From the human T2T-CHM13v2.0 reference genome, Homo sapiens: a stretch of 64,000 nt of DNA. Below, piece by piece: positions 54,351-64,000 of the stretch. Within the stretch, counting starts at the first letter, position 1, and every line of letters begins with the position of its first letter. The stretch is taken from NCBI RefSeq assembly GCF_009914755.1, contig NC_060929.1; one strand, written 5' to 3'. The notes beneath the pieces were generated by a model, which worked only from the letters and a program-made list of their open reading frames with translations, was not told where the DNA came from and searched no databases. Position numbers and translations under genes: made by a program.

Positions 54351-55235
54351 GTACACAGTTATCTTTGCTAAGACATCATATGCATTCCTAAAAAAAAAAA
54401 AAAACACTCTTCAGTTAGCAATATAGTATACTTAAAATAATAGGGCTTATGAGAAAAATGGGGTTGGTGTTAGAATTAGGAAGTAAAAAACCTGAGAGTG
54501 TAATACAAATAGAAATACTAGCATGGCTGAATCTCTGTAAACATTTGCCTTTAGCATCACAGACAGCCCTTTGCAGCCTTATATCCTGGGGCTCAGGCTT
54601 CTTGTAGGTCCTTGGGGCATTCACTGCCAATAGAGAACATAGGCATCGACATTAGAATTCTGATCTAGGGTTTCAATACAGAGGGATGTCTCTTCAAAGC
54701 ATCTTCAACTGCACTCACAGCTTCACCAGATAGTTTAATATAATAGAAAACTTAGTGGCTGGTTTAATGGCTTCAAGAATCACTACCTCATTGAAGGTCT
54801 TCACTGTATGGAATATACAGGTTTTTCCCTAACGTACTCATATATTTCTTAGATTTTCTTCCTCCCAGTAAAAAAATTTACCCTGATCACCTCAAATGAT
54901 GGGTTGGCAAAAATCGCATATTCACCACCACAACTTCTGCATCATGATCTTCAGTACCCAGTTTACCTGTCACTTATGAGATACTGTTGCATGAAAGGAA
55001 AGAAATGCTGCTTCAGATAGAACCAGACTGTTTCAGAGCCCATGTGATTTCTTTTGTGTTCTAAAGAGTCCTCATTGGCCTTGAGGGAAGTTTAGACAGG
55101 CTGGAGCGTTGATAACTGATAGACTATTTTTTCTCCCCACGCAACCACCATGGCATGATGCTACTCAACAAAATGTACAGTGGTTTTTTTCATTTCATGT
55201 AATACCGAGACTATGTTAAGATTTTGTGATAGTCA

Positions 55236-56815
<1,580 letters not shown>

Positions 56816-57651
56816 TTTTACTCTTGAACAAGAGCTGATTGCAATCACGTAGGTTTTTCTTGGTGCCATTTCAATTTTCTAGCTGTGCACTAATAGTTAT
56901 AAATTTTTTTCCTGCAATTTCTTTGAGAGAAAATATCATTATTGCAAATATAAAACTTGGTATTCTTGACTCCATTTTTCCTTAGGAAAAATTTTTTTCT
57001 GCTTCTTTGATAACATAAATATTCTTTAGAAATAAAACTATTTAGTTTAGCCAAATGAGTAGAGAAGTGAACGGGTAGAAGTACTAGGGAACTACCCTAG
57101 ATATTTCAAAATGCTCAACTACAAGGTTTTGGACTCAGAAGCTATGCTTCAAAATTTGTTTCTGTTTTCAAGTATTAACAAATTTAAAAGCATAAACATT
57201 TGTTCATTTTTTGGTAGGAACCTTAATGTTTTCCATTTTGTAGATTATTTTAGGTATATGGATATTAACTATTTTGTTTCTATCCTTGGTTCAGAAATCT
57301 GTTCATTTTATTTGTGGCTGTCATTTGCAATTCTTTAAATTAACACATGAAAAGAGATCCAATTCCAACTTTATTAGTAGACAAATGATATGCAAAATAA
57401 AACAAGAATATTTTTATTACAACAAATTAGCAAAGACCTAAAAAATTATACTCCATTCCAGGAAGTTTTAAATGACAGTCTCACTTTTTTATGCATGCCC
57501 TGCTATCAAGTTTCTGGGTTTTGGGTTTTTTTCTACTCGATATGTCTCCCATTTTCTCCCTTCCTCAATTACAGTATCAGGGTCCCCCTCACCATGCCCT
57601 CTATTCTGACCTGCCAGGGTTGAACAGACACAAAGATGCCCAGCATAAAAT

Positions 57652-58137
57652 TCAGGAGCCCATGAATTATTCTCTGTAAAGGGCCAGATAGTAAATATTT
57701 CAACCTGTGAGAGCTAAGCAGCAAAATCAAGATATTATGTAAGTGCTAAGAGTACAGTAGCTCACGCCTATAATCCCAGCATTTTGGGAGGCTGAGGCAG
57801 GAGGATTTCTTGAGCTCAGGAGTTTGAGACTAGCCTGAGCAACACAGTGAAACACCATCTCTCTCACTCTTAAAAAAAAAAATGGTAGCTTGCACCTATA
57901 GTACCAGCTACTCAGGAGGCTGAGGCAGGAGGATCACTTCAGCCCAGGAGGTTAAGGCTGCAGTGAGCCATGATCATGCTCTTGTATTCCAGCCTGGACA
58001 ACAAAGTAAGACCGTATCTCAAAAAATAAATAAAAAATAAATATAAAATGTCACCATTAAAGATGTAAAAATCTACTTTTAGGTTGGGGAGCTATACCAA
58101 AATAGGCAGCAGGCTATATACAGTTACCAACCCCCGG
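57652..58137. mobile_element. MER58B-like element interrupted by an AluJ
   Basis: tctgtaaagggccagatagtaaatattt; right end agttaccaacccc. Confidence 0.75.
57748..58045 (+). mobile_element. Alu (AluJ)
   Basis: ttgagctcaggagtttgag...agcccaggaggttaaggctgcagtgagccatgat. Confidence 0.93.
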
Positions 58138-58289
58138 CTTAGATACTCCTCAGAAAGGACTTATTGCTCAGCTGAGAGGAGGAGTATTATCTAACAGCCC
58201 CCAGCAATGAGTTTCATCACGGTCCACTCCTCAACCCACCCTGCCCCTCCTCTAAACCCATTCCACCTCTCCCAGTCAATGACTGAGAG

Positions 58290-58572
58290 AGGCCTGGTCT
58301 CCTGCCGACAGCCAGCAAGGAAAAGCAACCTGAGTCCTATAGCTGTAAGGAACGACATTCTGCCAACAACCAGAATGAACTAGAAAGTGGATTCTTCCCC
58401 AGAGTCTCAAAATAAGAGTCCAGCTCACACCTTGACTTGGGCTTTCTAAACAGAGAACCAGCCAAATTAACCCAGATTTCTGAAGTATAGACCTATGAGA
58501 TAGTAAATGGGAGTTATTTTTAGCTGCAAAGTTTGCAGTAATTTGTTATATAGTAATAGAAAATTAATAAAC
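58290..58572 (+). mobile_element. MLT1 LTR 3' part
   Basis: cagccagcaaggaa...ttctgccaacaacc...gaaagtggattcttccccagag...gtaatttgttat. Confidence 0.75.
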
Positions 58573-59749
58573 TGGGAATTGTAGTTTGCAGAGGATAGCC
58601 CCTGTAACATGGAACAGACAGGGGAAAGACAATGAATGGATCTGGGAGCAAATAAGCCAATGGCCAGACAGACCTTATCACAACTTTGTTTTGTACATCC
58701 TTTAGCCTAGATGTTTTTGGCATGTATGGCTCACTCTACGTTGTCTCAATGAGTAAAGAGATTTATTTGTGATGATGACTGGGATGTTAGGGATTTCGGC
58801 TAATTATTGTTAGTTTTATTGGAGAAAGACTTTGTTAATTGGTGAATGGCCATGTGAGCCTTTTCTTTCTGTCTGATTCTCTCCCCTCTGCTGTGGTGTT
58901 TGCAATTGAGGAACAGCTACTAAGAGGTGGCAGCTGCAGAGAAAAGCCCAGAGCCATACAGATGAGGCTGGGAACTCTGACTAGCACTGAGTATTTGAAA
59001 GAGAGCTTGGCGAAAGTCTGTTACTACATGTAGCAGATACCTGTGACTGCATATAGGGAGTGAAGGAGACAGCCAAAAGTGCACTTGAGGATAACAAATG
59101 GCCAGCCCCTACATGATCACTCATGAAAATCCAACAGAACCCAGAAGTCTCACTTAGCTTTAAAAAATCCATTATTTTTTTCAGACAGAAGCACTTAGGG
59201 AAGCAAAATGGCTTATTTCAGCATGAGAAAGCAATGTAACAGTACAGCTAAGCTTTGAGGGTCTCCTGATCAAAAATTTGTGAGACTAATAGCTTACACA
59301 GGAAAGAGATGATAGCCCTTTTGAATGCCTTCTGAGCGCTCTTACGAGATGCGCAATCTAATTGTGGTGTAAATACCAGCTATTGATGGTGGGTTTTGTT
59401 CATCGGGTTTGTGCTACCACAGTACCAGAGGTCTGTATCTATTAGTGCTAGTAATGTATGGATGACCAGGGCTGGTGCAGACATCTCTGCAGCAATAATA
59501 AAAGGTAAGAAGATGCAGACAAAGCTGAATTTATTGTGTTTGAGAAGATATAGAATTCAATTTCCCTGATAACCAAGCTTAATTGCACAGAATTATGAGA
59601 GCTCATTAATGAAACCCAATATAGACAGTTTATATTAGTAATGGCATTACATTGATTATCTAATTTCAGAGTAAGGAATTAAAGGGGGCCAAATTAGGGA
59701 TTATTCTGCTTTTACGTAACACCTGTAGTCAGGAAAAATAAATAGCTCC

Positions 59750-61110
59750 CGTTATTAAACTAAAGCTTTTGTATACAAAAGAATGCTAGATAATAAATGT
59801 AGAAATAATGATGGAAATAGAAAATATTTTTGCAAGACATTATGAAATAATCAATCCAAACAAGGATCAATAATGAATGCTAAAACTGTTAGTTGAACAG
59901 TCAACAGAGAACCAGATATTCAAAAAGCACCAAAGTATCACCCTTAAAATAACAAGTAATTTGCTATTACTTGTTAATAGCAAACGGAGGAAAAAGTACC
60001 CTTTACCATGGAGAAATATGGCTATTATCACTAGGTAACTTACTATCTGATTGTCCCACTATTAATGATGCTGTGTGACTTCTGAGGTAATGCTTTATAA
60101 ATTATATGACAGCACCTGTCAATAATATTTAAGAGATAATGTTTAAGATGGAAATGGAATCTAAAGGCTGGATTAGATTCAAGTTAAAGGAAATTCAAAG
60201 CAGAGAAGAACAAATTAAGGTACACTTGAACACATTCAGAATATGGGACAGAATAAGACAGCTGTTCTGGTCTCAAAAAAAAAAGTTAATGACAAGGAAA
60301 AAAGGAAGAGGAGCTAGGTTAAGGGACTAAACAGGCAAAACCAATTCAACATGGGATTCTTGAGTGGATTTTGGTTTTTAAAAAAGCTTTAAAAACACTT
60401 TGGGTTAATGGTGAATTTTGAATATGGAATATTCAAATATCAGGCAGGGTCCTCGCAGGAAACCGATGGCAAACTCAAAAGAACTTAATCATGAATCAGT
60501 TAAAGAAGGGACTATTGAGGGATGTAGGCAGAGCTAATGGAATCAATAGGGGGTGCTGAGGCACCCAGGGCGCAGCAGGGAAGCCGTCACCAACTGCTGT
60601 TAGACCCAAAGGAGCAGGCATGGGGGCAGTTATGAGTGTCTAGTCACAGCTGGAGCTGCTGAACAGAGTACAGCTTCACAAGGGATACAGTGGCAGATGC
60701 AGCCAGTACCGGACAAGGAACTCAGCAGGGAGGAGCAGAGAGAGTATCCCAGCCACTCTCCCACCCTCTGATCTCTTGCCAGGGCTCACCATTGGCCTCT
60801 GATGCCTTGTAGGTGCCTCCAGTTGGCTGACCCCAGTTGGAGTCCTGGCCACCCATGGCAGTCTGTAGAAATAAGCCTTTTGGAGCTGAGAGCAAAACAG
60901 AAAAAAGTGGAGAATGCATCTGGAGGTAGAAGGCAAAGGGAGAATAAAGCACGACAAGTACAGAGTAGATTAGAGAATTACTGTTGATTGTTAGATGTAA
61001 TTGTCTTGTGAGATCAGAGAATGCTCAGTTTTTTTGTTTTTTTTTTAGATGTACATTGAACTATTAAGGAATAAAATGTCATAATGCCTCATTCATTCTG
61101 AACTGATTCA
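59750..61110 (+). mobile_element. L1MC/L1ME 3'UTR fragments split by an LTR
   Basis: agaaataatgatggaaatagaaaa...gaatgctaaaact...gtaccctttaccatggagaaat. Confidence 0.55.
60438..60955 (-). mobile_element. Old ERVL LTR (LTR33/LTR41-like)
   Basis: cagggtcctcgcaggaaaccgatggcaaactcaa; ctcccaccctctgatctcttgccagggctcaccattggcc. Confidence 0.6.
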
Positions 61111-61399
61111 GCAAGAGAGACAGATAGATAAGTAGGTAGATAGACTAGATATACAAAGCACATATAGACACAAGCTTTTTTCTTATTTATTGCTACCAAC
61201 TTCATGCATCCAGCCTCCAATCGTGTCATGCCTAAAGAAACAATCCCTGCCCCCGTTTCTTAGACCCAGTACCTGGCACATGATAAACGATAAAAAATAA
61301 GTTCTTACCCATGCATCCCTTTTTCAGTGGGAATTATACTTCTTGGCTGCCCCCTACACACTTCTATTATAAAGAAATTTATATTGTTATATTTTTTCA

Positions 61400-62735
61400 C
61401 CACAAGAAAAATTATCAGGTTTAAAGAGGGGGATTAACTAATGATAAAGGTGTAAACAGTGCAAGAAGACTTAATTATTCTTAGCGTGTGTGTGGCTAAC
61501 AACAGAGCACTAAAATGAGTGAGGCAGAAACAGATAAAAGTGCAAGGAGAAATAGATAAATCCAGTATCATAGCTGGAGAATCCAACACACCTTAATAAG
61601 AAATGGACAGATCCAGCAGGCAGGAAATCAGTGAGGACATAGCTGAACTCAGTAGCAGTACCAATCAACTAGATATGATTGATATCGGTAGACTGTTTCA
61701 TCCAAGAGCAGCACCTTACACATTCTTCTCAAGCTCACATGGAACATTCACCATAATACACCACATTCTAGGCCATAAAATGCACCTTAACAGTTTAAAA
61801 GACTAGAAATCACACATCTGCTTTCAGACCACATTGTAATTAAACTAGAAATCAATAACAGAAAGATAGAGGCCTCAGCTCCTGCTGATGAAAAAATAAT
61901 AACTGAAGGATAGCTAGAAAATCCCAAATACTTGGAGATTAAGAAACACTCTTCTAAATAATATATGGATAAGAAAAAAATCTCAAGAGAACTTAAAAAA
62001 TGTTTCAAACTAAATGAAAATGATAATACAACTCATTAAAATTTGCATAATGCAGCAAAAACAGTACTTGGAAGGAAATCTATAGCATTGAATACATAAA
62101 CTAGAAAGGAAGAAAGATCTACAATAATCTAAACTTCTATTTTAGAAAACTTAAAAATAAGAGCAAACCAAATGCCAAATAAGGAGAAGAAAAGACAATG
62201 AAGAATTAGAGCAGAAATCAGTGAAATGGAAAATAGGAAATTAATAGACAAAATCAAAAGTTAGTTCTTTAAAAAGAATATTAAAATTGGTTACTCTCTA
62301 GGCCAAGAAAAAAAGAGAAGACACAAATTAGAGTTGTCCCATGATATCCCTGGGGAATTGTTCCAGGACCCAACATGGATACCAAAATTTATGGATGCTC
62401 AAATCTCTTACATAAAATGGCACAGTATTTACATATAGCCTACACACATCTTCTCTCATGCTTTAAATCATCTCTAGATTACTTTTAATACCTCACACAA
62501 TGTAAATGCTATGTAAATAATTGTTACAATGTACTGTTTTAAAATCTGTATTATTTTATTCTATTTTTATTTTTGCTTTTCAAAAAATACTTTTGATCCA
62601 TGGCTGGTTGATTTTATGAATGGGGAACCCATGAAGATGGAAGGCTGGCTGTACTAATATCAGAAATGGAAGAGGAGAGACATCACTAGAGATCCCATGG
62701 ATATTGAAAGGATAATAAAGGAGTATTATGAGCAT
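61400..62735 (+). mobile_element. Old L1M ORF2 endonuclease-region fragment
   Basis: ORF 61603 MDRSSRQEIS...YTFFSSSHGTFTIIHHILGHK is the L1 EN motif (YTFFS..H.T...IDH.LGHK). Confidence 0.85.
62331..62651 (+). mobile_element. MER2 (TcMar-Tigger)
   Basis: ttccaggacc...ggataccaaaat...ggatgctcaa...tttaaatcatctctagattact; TA on both flanks. Confidence 0.85.
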
Positions 62736-63031
62736 TGTTATATTTTATGTCTCCTATAAGCTGTAAATTCCTACATAGCAAGAATTCTGTCTTACTCATC
62801 CTTTAACAACTACTGTGTACCTTATAATGTTTCATAAAATATTATGATTTGGTTTTATTATTCACAAAAGAATGCTATAAGAGGTGAAAAATGGAGAGGC
62901 TAGAAAGCATAAAAACAAGTTACATCAGGTGGTAGAGCCTGGTTTAAGGGTCAAAGATAAAAGAAGGGAAGGTTAAGGGCAGGGCTTTAGAGGGAGAGAG
63001 GATAAACACAGTTTGATTAAATGGCTGATTC

Positions 63032-63423
<392 letters not shown>

Positions 63424-63794
63424 TCACTAAGACAAAGAGTAGTCGCAGTAGCAGAGCCTTGGGTGAAGCTAAGGTCCCCAGGAGATCTGGGATGTCTGTG
63501 AGGAACAGTGAGGCTTAGTCATTCAGACAAGCCAGCAGAAGTGAAGTTTAGAGAATGTGGATGGGCCTCAGGCTCTAGACATCAAAACAAACAGATAGAA
63601 AAGGCAGAGTGTAGAATCCAGACAGTGAGGCTCACAACAAGGTATGCAATTCTGCATAAGCAGATTTGAGGGGACACCAACTATGGACTGATGTAGATAA
63701 ATATTTCTGGTAATTCCAGTTAGTGATTCACTCTGAACTCACATAGGATAGTATCTCTTCAAAGGCACTTGTGTTGTAATTAAATGCACACATA

Positions 63795-63965
63795 AGACAT
63801 AATGCTTATTGAGCCCTTAGCATGTACCACCCACTCTTATGCATACTATATGTTTAAACCATTTAAACTCACACCAACCCCCTGGGGGTAGGTAGTATTA
63901 TTATCCCTGTTACAGATAAGGAAAGTGAGAAGTAGGAGTTAATTGGTCTCATGATCCCCTACAGG
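63795..63965 (-). mobile_element. MIR
   Basis: gtaggtagtattattatccctgttacagataaggaaagtgag. Confidence 0.75.
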
Positions 63966-64000
63966 CTGGCCTTCCAGAAAAAGGAGGTAACTTGCCCCAG

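Overview
Human (or closely related hominid) non-coding genomic DNA; an AluYb8 and an SVA point to human. It is mostly interspersed repeats. I can support no intact protein-coding gene, RNA gene or CRISPR array. The long ORFs in the track come from L1, Alu, SVA, LTR or simple repeats. The only gene-derived sequence I recognise is an RPL37 processed pseudogene (47016-47690), interrupted by one Alu and followed by a truncated AluY. The best structures are: (1) an SVA with a damaged poly(A) signal and an apparent ~350-bp 3' transduction; (2) a young AluYb8 with an (AT)n expansion in one TSD; (3) a probable twin-primed inverted L1 that hosts a complete THE1B provirus; (4) an apparently full-length ancient L1MB; (5) a 28-bp TSD-flanked micro-retroinsertion; (6) a few candidate CTCF sites and exons. 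I found no evidence of a new multi-gene system. Subfamily names come from recalled consensus sequences and need RepeatMasker/Dfam confirmation. Boundaries of old repeats are approximate.
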